From positions 1 to 64,000 of the forward strand of contig JAQGDQ010000325.1 in assembly GCA_030141605.1 (NCBI GenBank): DNA of 64,000 bases, in the 5' to 3' direction. Source of the DNA: Tubiluchus corallicola. Taxonomy: Eukaryota; Animalia; Priapulida. The position numbers and the translations under genes were made by a program. The first letter of the stretch is position 1. The number at the start of each line of letters is the position of its first letter. Under the pieces are notes generated by a model, which was not told where the DNA came from, ran no database searches, and was given only the letters and a program-made list of their open reading frames with translations. This document shows, one piece after another, positions 51,946 through 64,000 of the stretch.

Positions 51946-53194
51946 AAACAGAAAAAGTTTAGTTTGTTTCTTTAGCGTCGGTTCTTTTTGAAATTCTTTG
52001 TGTAAATCTTTGTGATTTATTTGACGTGTTTTGATTATTTTGAATGGTGGAAGAGAAATTGATGTTTTCTTTTTGGATCAGGTCAAAAATGAAAATTTAA
52101 AGGAAAAGAAAACGGAATTTGAAACTATATTCCAAAGAACTTTTCACATAAACTTAATTATATTATTTAGCATTAGCTGGCGTTTTTGAAGTTTGAAAGA
52201 CTTAAGTAATCGAAAAAGAAAATTCTTGATAATTTAAAACGTTTCTGAAGCCAGGTAAAACGTAACTGTTTCACTAGGATGACACTATCCCAGTGTGCAT
52301 CACTGATTCACCAAAGACATCATTCATGTTATTGTCAATATAAAGTAATTTATACTTTTGAAGAGTGTGCTGCAAATGCACAGACTTTACGCAATGTTAC
52401 AAACGGTGTCTGAACTTGTTTCAAATGATACAAATGAGTTAAAATGGCTGCGCCTAACGGTCATCGTGGGAGTTTAAATTTACAAGTTCCATACAGCGTT
52501 ACTGCTAACTCAAGAGCTGTATGCAATAAGACAGTACGTAGGTAAAAATTTTAGTTTTGTTCATGAAGAGTGTTTTCTTGGTTTTTAAACTACTTAATCT
52601 ACAAAAAAGCCAAAGTTGAATTAAAATTCTAGTTAAATGAATTTCTAGCGGTTCGAAGAATCTCCCGGTGTCAAAGGGCTATATAAGTTTGGGGTAGGAT
52701 CACTACTCAGGCTGCTTATAAATTTCAGTGGTTTTTCACTCGGATCGCTTATTTGCGGAATATGTTACCTCTTACCACGAGTGGGGAGAATAAAAAATTG
52801 ATGTGATAAATGAAAAGGAGAAAGAAGAAACACGCAAACATAGCCTATCTGTAAAGCCTTGTTGCTAAACAAAGGTATGTGTGCACGAATGTCTCCAGTA
52901 TGTTTGTAGCTGGCATGGGTTTGCTGCCATGCTTGGTCAAATGCAAGTAAGACCTCAATCCTCAACACTGACTGACGTCAGGGGCGAGTAGAATGTGTTC
53001 GGAACTGCACTGCTACAATTAAGACTAGTAGTTGTAGTCTAGGTCGTATATTTTTTATATTTTTATGTGAAATTTAGATGGTTCTTATGCAGGCATTATA
53101 TGGATTTTACAAGTACTGAAATAAAATTGTGAATTGAATTGAATTGTAGTAGTGACAAATGTAAAAGCATAGTGCACCTCGCTGCAACACTTAA

Positions 53195-53736
53195 AGGAAA
53201 AGTCAACCCTCCAGGGAAGTTAGGTTTATCCTATCAATTTCCGAGAAAAATATTAAAAAGATTTAGTAACAAAAGCTCGATAAGTGTCTCGTTTAATCAG
53301 TGAAATTACTCTAAAGTCGGGATCGTTGGGAACTTGGGCGCTGCCATTTTGAACGCCATTTTTCCACCAATGACGTCAGCCGTCAACTAAAGAAAAACAG
53401 CGCACTCAATTTGTGCCAAAGGTATGAACAATTTTTACAAAAAAACAGATAGCTAAATTTGTGATATTTTTGCGCGAACACTAGATTATATTGGGTGCAA
53501 AAGTTTAAATTAGTTTAAGCAGCACGTTCTGAGTAAAGCCACGATATATCCACGAAAAGTTACGAACTACACCAGTTACGTCATCTTTTTCAAATGAATG
53601 GCGGCAACCACTGACCTGAAAAGTTCTGTACAGCGATAGTATAAATTTAACTTTTTTGCAAATTTCTATGTTACATTTTCTAAATTTAACTGATAGTAGT
53701 AAAATAAACCGAATATGTTAAGTGATTGCTTTTCCT
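53195..53736. mobile_element. Non-autonomous Kolobok-like DNA transposon
   Basis: TTAA|AGGAAAAGTCAA ... TTGCTTTTCCT|TTAA: TTAA flanks with AGG termini. Confidence 0.65.
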
Positions 53737-53978
53737 TTAATCTTGAAAACTCTGAACGAGTAAAGTCTGCAGGTCTTGCAGTGGCGTTTGCAGCAACGAA
53801 GGCCGAGGCGCCAGTTCATAAATCAATGCGCATGCGTAGGGTTAGGCTAGGCCAGTAGGGAAACGATGGATTTCGAGCAAAAACTTAAAGGAACCGACGG
53901 AAGGGCACCACACGAAATTAGCTGTACGGGAAAGACGTTTACAGTGAGAACGCTAAAATAATGAAGCGTGTGTAAAAA

Positions 53979-54360
53979 AGTAAGTAAGTAAATAAGCGAG
54001 TAAGTAAATAAATAAATAAGTAAGTAAGTAAATAAGCAAGGAAGCAAGTAAGTAAGTAAATAAGCGAGTGAGTAAATAAATAAATAAGTAAGTAAGAAAG
54101 TATGTAAGTAAGTAAGTAGGTAAGTAAGAAAGTAGGTAAGTAAGTAAGTACGTAAGTAAGTAAGGAGGTACGTAAGTAAATAAGCAAGCAAGCAAGGAAG
54201 CAAGTAAGTAAATGAGTGAGTAAGTAAATAAATAAATAAGTAAGTAAGGAGGTAAGTAAGTAAATAAGCAAGCGAGCAAGCAAGCAAGCAAGCAAGTAAG
54301 CAAGCAAGCAAGCAAGCAAGTAAGAAAGCAAGCGAGTGAGTAAGTAAGCAAACAAGCAAG
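53979..54360. repeat. (TAAG/TAAA/CAAG)n tetranucleotide microsatellite
   Basis: Directly visible. Confidence 0.95.
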
Positions 54361-57137
54361 AAAGGAAAAAGAAAGTAAGTTAATCAGTTATCAGTCAGTC
54401 AAATTATTCAAAGAATTTTAAAAGAATACTGAGGTAGCCTGCAAATCAGTTAGCGGAAAATCTTCCGGACGCATTTCGTGAGTTGATAAAGATGTAACAA
54501 AGAGAGTAAAACCATCTGAATAAACTCGTGGAATGCTTGAATCTGTTCTTTTTCTTATTCCATTTGATTTAACATTGAACACGTATAAACACGCACTTCA
54601 CTTTTGACGTATTAAATTTTGAAAGGCAAGTTAACAGACAGTTAATAGCAGCCCTGCTTCAACAACCCAATGTCAACTCTTTCCACGAAAGAGGCGAAAA
54701 TTTGCTAATCCCTCTCCAATCTGCGAAGAACAAAGAACTGTTTGGTTGTACCCATTGTAATTGACTTATTACACGTGATGTACGCAAGGTTACATGTCAG
54801 ATCGAAGTTACAACACGGTAGGCAATAGAATGGAATGACATGGTCAGGGTCGCCCAGGGATTAGCCTATTGTGCAATAATCGAAAAATCAGGGTCATGGA
54901 GGAACTACGCGGCGGATTAATTCAAATTTTACACAAATTAAGAAATAGAAACGAAAACCAGAAAATAAAACAGAACGAACGCGAAAAGAATAAGTATTAG
55001 ATATAAAACTGTAACTTTTCTTAAAATTTTAAATTTCAATTTTTTTGAGTTAACATAAACTACACTTTTATAACAGATTAAACTGATGGTGGTACATAAA
55101 ATAGATATTGCCAATAATGTTTGTGTTTATCAACTTATTAACATAAACAACAACATTAGGTTATGTGAGTTTTAGGGAGACCAAGGACGCTGCAGCTTAT
55201 AGGGGCCACCCAGAGGGCAATATGATGATGCTTAACAAGATGATTATCGCAGCTTATGATCAAGATTTTGTAAATATTTAAAGCTTATGGTTAGTAAAAC
55301 AATTTGAGAGACTAGGGTAATAGTTATTTTTCCTTTTAGGAGTATAGCACGCTTACGTAAATTTCTAATTACAGTAGCATATTTTATACTAACAACATTT
55401 GATGTTTATTTATGGTAGTAAATTTCCTACTATATCATAATTTTCATATTTCTGTGTAGTTTTCTTTTGTTTTGTCTAGTTTTTCTATTTGTCATTTTAA
55501 AGATAAGCTTCTTTATTTCATTTCTGTTATTAATTTTGTCAACTTAAGCAAAATATTTGTTTTTGAACCCCATGTGACGTGGCCCACTAACAAGCTTGCT
55601 CCATAGGTGTTCAGCGCCATGCGTAGTTTTGTAATCTGAACTTTGTACGAATCACATGCAGTGCTGGATTACCTTATAGGCTAGTGTAGGCTGTAGCCTA
55701 GGGTCATTCAAGCTGTGGGGGGGGGGGAGGTGTTGCATAGTTTGCATTGTTTTGTTGAATAATTCATTGTAAAATAAAATAAATACTTTAAACTTTAAAA
55801 AAGAAGCCAGGAAGTCTGAAAATCCAATTTTAAAGTGGCTTCTCATTTGTGACAAAGGATCCCTGTTTGAGGCCTTTTATTTGAGAACAATGGGCTCTTG
55901 TTTGAAGCCCTTTATTTGAGACAACAGCCCCTCTTTGAAGCCCTTTATTTGAAATAATAGGGCCCCAGCTATGCAAATGTTGCTAAGATATAGCACAAGT
56001 AAAATATTCGAGACGAATGTGAGCAAATTAGAGGGTGGCTCCGACATAGAGGGAACCCCATGATTTCATCAGCTCAAGGGCTTGAAAAGGTGATAGGGTA
56101 AGGACCATATTTTTGAATTTGTGCTTTCTGATGTAGTAGTGGGTTTATTTTGTAGAATAAATAAATTGAAATTGAAAAAATTAACAAGATTTTAATTAGG
56201 TTTAATTTGCGTGAGTGCCGTGGACTGTGGTTGTTCGTCCTTTTTTGGTTGGGTTGATATTAAATCTTTGAAATGACTTTTATGTATTTTTATCTTGTAT
56301 TTTATGTAGAACATAGTATTTAAATAACTATTTTGCCGATTAATTTACTATCGCTTGAGTTTTTTCCACTGATTAACTACGAATGTGTAAAATGGCTCAT
56401 TTTGTTTTCGAATTAGTTAAAAATCTCGCTTGGTATGCAACCAGTGTAGCCTAAATTTGACACCTGAGGTGTTGGCCATCATGCGTCGGAAATCGTTAAA
56501 AAACTTAATATACACAAGTTCCGAACGTACATCACAGCACGCCCGCCACAATCGTCTAGGTGCTGCCATCGCGTGTCCGAATTAGTTAAAAAAACACAGG
56601 TTTATAACTACACTGCAAATTTCACAGCATTTTACTGCATTGCCAAACATAAAAGTACAAAAAAACTAAAATTTTCAACTTTTCACAACAGACTACTATA
56701 TTTTTTCTATACCAGATCACGACAGATGTATAAATAACATTTAGTTTACATCATAATAACCGATTAAGACATTATGTACAAATATAAAATACACGTTTCA
56801 ACACGCTGTATAACATGTTTTTCAATCTAGCAACATTTCAAAAACACTTCTCTAAATGACAAAAATCCATCAATACTAAACAGCTGCTGTTTAAATTATA
56901 AAGTCATTTAGAAATTATATATTCCACCCACTACAGTTCCAATGTCACTGACAAATATTTTACTTATTTTATTTACCACAGGATGTTCTTGAGAATTAGC
57001 AAGATACTGGTCCTGCTGCCACAAGTCTTGTCACTGAGTGCTTATTATGGTCTGCATAATAATATGGTGTGCTAAACTGTAAAAATAAATAGTTTTAATA
57101 TATACAAGTCATTCTGACAATTATCCTGGCTCATCAT

Positions 57138-57546
57138 TAGGGGTGAGCATCGAACGTTCGAATTCGATTCGAACCAGTTTTTTTTAGTTCGAACTCGATT
57201 CGAGTCCAAAACTATAGATTCGAATAATTCAGCACTTCAATAACATAATGTTCTTTATCACAAAAACGATTGAAACATCATACAATCAGCATAATTTAGC
57301 TGTGATCTCTGCACATAATTTTAAAGAAATTACTAATCGTTTTATTGCAAAACAAAACCTAGTGATATGCATGATCTTTGTAAGACTAATTTTTGCTGGT
57401 GGTTCGAAAACCTGTTGGAAAATCGTTCAATCTCAATTCGAATTCGGTTCAAATTCGAAACACTGAAGTTCAGTTCGATTCGAATTCGAAAGTCACAAAT
57501 TCGGTTCGATTCGAATTCGCTTTCTGGTAGAGAATGCTCACCCCTA
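57138..57546. mobile_element. hAT-type MITE rich in TTCGAA/TTCGAT subterminal repeats
   Basis: 13 bp perfect TIR TAGGGGTGAGCAT / ATGCTCACCCCTA and a perfect 8 bp TSD CTCATCAT (57130-57137 and 57547-57554). Confidence 0.9.
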
Positions 57547-58170
57547 CTCATCATCACCGTTAGGATCAATTCATTATCATTGTCATCACCACCACCATTG
57601 TTATCATTATCATCATCATCATCATCAACATCGTCCTTATTGTTTTCTCGCATCCGTTTGCTTCGCTCCACTTAACGTATTTTTTGTTGTTGTTTATGTC
57701 ATTAATTAAGTCTTATCCAGGTTGAACGAAACTTATAAGTTAATTTCTACTGCTACGCTCATAGCACTGCAATGCATTGTTAATTTGTAATTGCATAACT
57801 TTTATTTTTGTACTGAGCTAAATGGATGAATAAATAGATCTAAATCTAAACGATGCAGTTCAATTTTTAGCTGTAAAGTATATAGAATACATGAGTTCAA
57901 ATTTCGAATACTGAGAGATACAAGAAAATAGTCTTTAATTGTAAGTAGTAATTTTTTTAAATTACTTCACTGACCACCACAACTCCGTATTGCTTCACTG
58001 ACCACAGCTTGACATTTATTTGCTGACCTCTCACTCTGCAAATTTATCAGCTTAAAAAGGATAAAACACAAAAGTCATTTTTTTACCGAGGTTTGCAAGC
58101 ACACATGTCGATAATGAGGACTTTTTGGATTGCTTGATATTTGGAACATTAGATATTGACATGAAATAAA

Positions 58171-58280
58171 ACATGTGTGCATGCATCTGCATGTGTGTGT
58201 GTGCATGTGAGTGCATGTGTGTGCATGAACGAGCATGTGTGCATGCGTCTGCGCATGTGTGTGCATGCATGTGAGTGTGT
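58171..58280. repeat. (TG)n/(GCAT)n degenerate microsatellite downstream of the VPS28 stop
   Basis: Directly visible. Confidence 0.85.
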
Positions 58281-58498
58281 TAACAGATTTACGGGATTCT
58301 GCTTTCCTCTCAGGAAATTTAGATTGTTCACGAGCAGCTTGCACTATGTGTATGTTTACTTTGGCCAAGCACACTGTTAAACTTGCACCAATCATACAGG
58401 CATTCAACACAATAACCCTACTGGCTAGTATTTGAACCACAAGTCACGGCACTGCTATACCTAAATGAAAAAGTAGACATCGTATTCATGCAGACGAG

Positions 58499-58619
58499 CT
58501 ACAAAGTGTGCAACAGACGGTTGAACGCATTGTACGACGACTCCAAATCAAACAGCAATTGTCTAACTTGTTGGTCGGTCAGTTCATCGTGAGCTTTCAT
58601 TTCTGCTAACGTATTTAAC
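58499..58619 (-). CDS. VPS28: VPS28 (ESCRT-I), last coding exon
   Basis: After acceptor ttcag it reads (W)LNTLAEMKAHDELTDQQVRQLLFDLESSYNAFNRLLHTL*. Phase is compatible with the previous exon. Not in the ORF track. Confidence 0.92.
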
Positions 58620-58908
58620 CTGAAGCGTAACAAAAGTCGGTTTTGAAATTCACGAATCGTGCAATACATTCACAAGTCAATGCACAGACACTATAGTTCA
58701 CTTTCACATACAAGTAATATGATCTGATGCAGTAATGATCACAGTTGCCGGCGCTACTAATAAGGCAAACTAAACAAATTTTTTCTGGAAAGTAATCAAA
58801 TTCTGGAAGTAATTCTTTAATTTTGATGTTTAACATGAAGTAATAACACAGTGTATCTGTGATTCTTTAAAGCAAAACCGGTTTCAATCTTGGTTTGGAG
58901 TGGGTGGA

Positions 58909-59089
58909 GTGGGGAGGGGCAGGGCAGGGTTAAGACTTCAAGAGCCCCTAAGCACTGAAAAGATTATGGTACCGCTACCCATGTATAATTCAGAATAAAA
59001 ACAATACTAAACCGTAAAATGAAATTTTATGTTTCGTTGATAAAAAGTTACAGTAAGATTTGTTTAAAGCAAAACCGGATCCAATCTTA
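58909..59089 (+). repeat. Interspersed repeat, direct copy of 45667-45847 (inside a VPS28 intron)
   Basis: See 45667-45847. Confidence 0.9.
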
Positions 59090-59828
59090 AACTGTAGGTC
59101 AGAATAATCTGTCCTGTAAAATATTGAAAGGAAACATGCTATTTTTTTCCAAAATGACTTACGTGAAAGAATTATTACCACACAAACATAATTTCACGTT
59201 CACGCCACTAGTTCTTCGCTGTTACAAGCATTTTGCCATTCACTAGTTAGACGGGCACTAGCGCCTGCACTTCGGAAAGGAATAGCACAAAAACAGGTGC
59301 TGTACCTCTCAGCTCAGATGTATTAATTTGTTCATTTATAAAAGATTGTTTGAAGCTGGTTGTGTCAGTGATATTTTAATTCCCCCGTGAGCAGTAAACA
59401 TATGCGTTCAATTACGTACAGTTCTGATGTCATCTGTTGGTGGGCTCGCCCGTCGTTAATTAAGTTTGAAGCTATTATTTAATATCAGTAATACTTTAGC
59501 ATTATCATAGGTATTGAAATTTATACTTTTTACTGTACCTCAAAACAAGGCGACATAAGAACATCATTGTTTTCCATTAAACTTAAGTTCTCGTTTAATT
59601 TTTTCTTATAAATACATGCATTGTTTGACACTACCTGCATGGAATTCCCAAATTACTGGACACGTTACGACAAGAAGAAATTTTTGTGCATTTGTGAACA
59701 AAGTCACCGGACTAGTCAAAGACGTACAACTCGATCCATTTCCAGGAATTATTCAGGTGCAAATGGAAATCTTCCCCGGCAAGTATATACAGTTGAAAAT
59801 AACATGATGGCTAAGATTTCCCACATAC

Positions 59829-59974
59829 CAGCTCTGCGGTTTCTCCTTTCCTTCAAAGTTTGACGGCAAGATGCTCAAACGATTCATGGTCTCGATTAAC
59901 TCTTTCAGGTCGGGATAAATCTCGTCCATCGCTCGAATTTCCAACCTCAGTTTGTCCATGACGGTGATGAACAG
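59829..59974 (-). CDS. VPS28: VPS28, penultimate coding exon
   Basis: ttccag|LFITVMDKLRLEIRAMDEIYPDLKELIETMNRLSILPSNFEGKEKPQS(W)|gtatgt. Confidence 0.95.
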
Positions 59975-59994
59975 CTGGAATAAAATGACAACCT

Positions 59995-60075
59995 GTTCAG
60001 TATTCAGTGTTCAGTATTCAGTGTTCAGTATTCAGTATTCAGTGTTCGGTGTTCAGCATTCAGTGTTCAGTGTTC
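59995..60075 (+). repeat. (TTCAGTR)n heptanucleotide tandem repeat
   Basis: Directly visible, just upstream of the VPS28 acceptor. Confidence 0.9.
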
Positions 60076-60759
60076 ACACACAAACATGTTACTAATCTGA
60101 AATTACCAAATCCAAAACTTGTTTTATAATAGTTTTCAAATCTCAATTTAAAATAATTTTCGAAACTGAAATGAATTTAAATCTTGATCTTCTAGAAATG
60201 TCTGTAAACCAATCCTTACTGGAATGGTTTCGGGGGGGGGGGGGTGGTATTACCTGCCCTGTGTTTTTCTACAACTCAGAATTATGGACAATTAAAGCGC
60301 AACAAGACCATCTGCTACAGTTTTAAATGTATATTTATCAAACTGATAAGTGAAAAAATGATAAATTTAAATTTTATCAATAATATAGTAGTTGGAGCAT
60401 ACAACTACTGAATTAAGAAAATTATCCTTGATAATGAAATAGGTTCTGGTCCTGCTGAGACTATCGATAGTAAGCAACACCCAGTCAGGGAATGATGCAT
60501 GTATTCCAGATTTCCAAACTACAAGAAGAAAATAGCATTTATCTAATTCCGCCCTCCAAGACATCCGTCAGCATCAGGACCTAAACAGCAGGATGGAGGG
60601 TTGTAGTTACAAAATACTTTCATAGAACATCCATCTTTCTCCTGGGCTGGTCATGGATGGTAGTTGCAGTCAAATCACAGCGAATGGTGTTCATTCCAAA
60701 GATTTTCCTTATTACTTCAGTATATGATCATACGAATTACGGACAATTAAAGCATATTA

Positions 60760-60921
60760 CGAATCAGAAATTAATGCATTTCAGAGAAGAAATCACACAC
60801 AGGAACATTTTAGGAATAAAATACCCAAAGCAAATATCAAACCAGGATCTGTATAATAAAGTCAAGACAGAGGAATGGAAAGTAAAATCAAAAGGAGAAG
60901 ATAAAGATGAATAGGGCATAT
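60760..60921 (+). mobile_element. Decayed LINE (RTE-like) 3' fragment
   Basis: RNILGIKYPKQISNQDLY...W then, in another frame, KIKRRR*R*IGHI. This resembles the LRRIL.I.W...ISN.EL...RL.W.GH tail of RTE-type ORF2. Confidence 0.45.
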
Positions 60922-60923
60922 TA

Positions 60924-61680
60924 GGCTGCCAGGCCATAGAAACTCATGCTTCATGCGTCACGCTTCATACTTCATGCTTCATGCTTCACGGCCCACTGGG
61001 CCATAGGGGCTCATGCTCTCACGCTTCACACACGAGTCTGCGTTGCGCTTTCAAAATGGAATCATCTGACGAGGAAGATTTCTTGATTTTGTTGTGTCTC
61101 AGAAGAAGGAAGCGAAAGAGACGGAGAATATGGTGCCGGGCGCATTTTTTGCTCAGAGAATCCAGTGGAGAATTTCAGCGGACATTTCAACACCTCGTGG
61201 ACAATCCTGATGAAGAACTATTTCATAATTATACAAGGATGTCGTACAAGACTTACAGTACATTAAAGTCCCTCGTGCTAGGACATCTGAAGCCACGCCA
61301 TTCAAATTGGAGGAGGCCAATCGAAGCAGAACAAAAGCTTGTCGTTGTCGTTGTATTCTACACTCAAATTTCAGAAAACAACCTCGAAAGCATTGATAAA
61401 GTTCAGTCAATGCAAACAGCACGCTTCTGAACTAGTTGGCTGCTAATCGTACAAATTTAGGCTTACCTTGCAGCCAAAAAACTCTCTGATATCCAGTCGG
61501 CCCCCGGACTCACGCCTCGAAAAAGTGAACATGTTCACTTCTAGCTTCACGCATGAGTCGTGAAGTGTGAGGCATGAGCGGAGGTCTATGGCGCACCGCA
61601 AATAAGATTACGTTTGTTCATTTTTCCACTCACGCGTTTAGACGTGAAGCATGAGCGTGAGGCATGAAGCATGAGTTTCT
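60924..61680 (+). mobile_element. Internally deleted PIF/Harbinger DNA transposon, right tip missing
   Basis: TTA|GGCTGCCAGGCCATAGAAACTCATGCTTCATGC at the left and inverted GCATGAAGCATGAGTTTCT ending at 61680. Contains a HARBI1-like transposase N-terminus (RRIW...R...GEF...L...D...F.NYTRMS..TY..L...R.PI.AEQKL). Confidence 0.8.
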
Positions 61681-63374
61681 TGCTTAATACTCACAGAAAC
61701 TATATCAGCTATGCACTTGCTTAATACTCACAGAAACTATATCAGCTATGCACTTGCTTAATACTCACAGAAACTATATCAGCTATGCGCTTGCTCAATA
61801 CTCACAGAAACTATATCAGCTATGGCTTGCTTATTACTCAAAGAGACTATATCAGCTATGCGCTTGCTTAATACTCACAGAAACTATATCAGCTATGCAC
61901 TTGCTTAATACTCACAGAAACTATATCAGCTATGCACTTGCTTAATACAGCTATGCACTAGCTTAATACTCACAGAAACTATATCAGCTATGCGCTTGCT
62001 TCATACTCACAGAAACTATATCAGCTATGCACTTGCTTAATACTCACAGAAACTATATCAGCTATGCGCTTGCTCAATACTCACAGAAACTATATCAGCT
62101 ATGCACTTGCTTCATACTCACAGAAACTATATCAGCTATGCACTTGCTCAATACTCACAGAAACTATATCAGCTATGCACTTGCTTCATACTCACAGAAA
62201 CTATATCAGCTATGCACTTGCTTAATACTCACAGAAACTATATCAGCTATGCGCTTGCTCAATACTCACAGAAACTATATCAGCTATGCACTTGCTTCAT
62301 ACTCACAGAAACTATATCAGCTATGCACTTGCTCAATACTCACAGAAACTATATCAGCTATGCACTTGCTTAATACTCACAGAAACTGTATCAGCTATGC
62401 ACTTGCTTAATACTCACAGAAACTATATCAGCTATGCGCTTGCTTAATACTCACAGAAACTATATCAGCTATGCGCTTGCTTAATACTCACAGAAACTAT
62501 ATCAGCTATGCGCTTGCTCAATACTCACAGAAACTATATCAGCTATGCACTTGCTTAATACTCACAGAAACTATATCAGCTATGCACTTGCTCAATACTC
62601 ACAGAAACTATATCAGCTATGCACTTGCTTAATACTCACAGAAACTGTATCAGCTATGCACTTGCTTAATACTCACAGAAACTATATCAGCTATGCAGTT
62701 GCTTAATACAGCTATGCACTTGCTTAATACTCACAAAAACTATATCAGCTATGCACTTGCTTAATACTCACAGAAACTATATCAGCTATGCACTTGCTCA
62801 ATACTCACAGAAACTATATCAGCTATGCACTTGCTTAATACTCACAGAAACTATATCAGCTGTGCACTTGCTTAATACTCACAGAAACTATATCAGCTAT
62901 GCACTTGCTCAATACTCACAGAAACTATATCAGCTATGCGCTTGCTTAATACTCACAGAAACTATATCAGCTATGCGCTTGCTTAATACTCACAGAAACT
63001 ATATCAGCTATGCGCTTGCTTAATACTCACAGAAACTATATCAGCTATGCACTTGCTTAATACTCACAGAAACTATATCAGCTATGCGCTTGCTTAATAC
63101 TCACAGAAACTATATCAGCGATGCACTTGCTTAATATAGCTATGCACTTGCTTACTACTCACAAAAACTATATCAGCTATGCACTTGCTTAATACTCACA
63201 GAAACTATATCAGCTATGCACTTGCTTAATACTCACAGAAACTATATTAGCTATGCGCTTGCTCAATACTCACAGAAACTATATCAGCTATGCGCTTGCT
63301 TAATACTCACAGAAACTATATCAGCTATGCACTTGCTCAATACTCACAGAAACTATATCAGCTATGCACTTGCT
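61681..63374. repeat. 37 bp minisatellite, about 45 head-to-tail units, derived from the VPS28 exon end plus splice donor
   Basis: Unit AATACTCACAGAAACTATATCAGCTATGCACTTGCTT with C/T and A/G variants and a few shortened units; no spacers. Confidence 0.97.
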
Positions 63375-63449
63375 GGTGTTTCCCTGATCGTCCTTGATCG
63401 TGATTGGTCGATCCTCTTTTATTCTTTCCAGTGCTGCGGGACAATCCAT
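63348..63449 (-). CDS. VPS28: VPS28, internal coding exon
   Basis: ttcgatag|MDCPAALERIKEDRPITIKDDQGNTSKCIADIVS|gtgagt, 102 bp, phase 0, joining in frame to LFITVMDKL. Earlier exons were not found in the window. Confidence 0.93.
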
Positions 63450-64000
63450 CTATCGAAAGAAAATATTTTGTTTAAATAAAATCACTATTTAAAAGGAGAA
63501 TTCCTTTAATAATTCTTGAGCTTAAATAAAAAGTAGTGTCAATTTAAAGGACAAGTAAACACTGTTCATAATAATTTTTTTTACTACTCAAATGATATAT
63601 TATTACACACAGAGGTTGAATTAGTAGACAAAAGTTCCTTCGAACTCGAACATTTTATGCTCAATCCTCTTGGGTGCTGATCCCTGGTTGCTAAACTCTG
63701 TATACAAGTCAAATCCATATATTACAGATGAATTTTTTCAAACCACACAGCGATTTAATGTGAATTTGTTTGAAGACGGAAGAAAATATGATTTATAATT
63801 AGCGCTGTACAATTAATTGTTGTAAAATTAATCAGTCGGAAGTTGCACAGGTCATATATTCAGCCTAATTGCACTACCAAAGCTACATTTTCCATTTCCC
63901 CGGACATCTGCTTAGACTGGAAACAAAAATTTGTTTCTGTCTTACCTCATGAACTCAAAAGATGACAGTAGGGAGGGAGGAAACTTTTTTCATAAAAAAA

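Noticed and set aside
57248-57675. ORFs 57248..57466, 57342..57671 and 57367..57675
   Set aside because: They derive from the hAT MITE repeats and the adjacent (ATC)n tract.
61681-63374. 37 bp repeat array as a CRISPR array, and the ORFs called within it
   Set aside because: Units are head-to-tail with no unique spacers, there are no cas genes, the context is eukaryotic, and the unit is explained by the VPS28 exon boundary. The plus-strand ORFs are repeat translations.
63940-64000. GTAAG donor-like site on the minus strand as the next VPS28 exon
   Set aside because: The required phase-0 frame has a stop just upstream and does not resemble VPS28; the exon probably lies beyond the window.

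Overview
The window joins two genomes. Bases 1 to ~40,500 are an AT-rich, gene-dense Bacteroidota chromosome. It carries cvpA, two tRNA-Met genes, recO, a HEPN/MNT pair, a TrmH-family methylase, tamL and aroE. A ~25 kb polysaccharide-utilisation locus (PUL) follows, with a LuxR-type regulator, SusC/SusD, GH144, GH3, five sulfatases, an O-acetylesterase and a T9SS repeat protein. After it come hemN, an lnt plus orphan-lipoprotein cassette, and an RHS (DUF6443) gene cut off at ~40,500. From ~40,500 to the end the DNA is animal nuclear sequence: microsatellites, MITEs, an intronless CIMAP2/LEXM-like gene with RFX X-boxes, and the last three coding exons of VPS28. Four observations stand out. (1) The whole PUL is bracketed by ~215 bp inverted repeats with IS1/IS1595-like ends and a near-perfect 8 bp flanking duplication. 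(2) The lnt/lipoprotein cassette is flanked by a 45 bp direct repeat that lies in a decayed RHS remnant. (3) The 37 bp minisatellite at 61.7-63.4 kb is an amplified copy of a VPS28 exon end plus its 5' splice site. (4) The bacterium-animal junction is either a chimeric assembly or a real insertion. All calls were made by eye from the sequence and remembered family motifs; no database searches were run.
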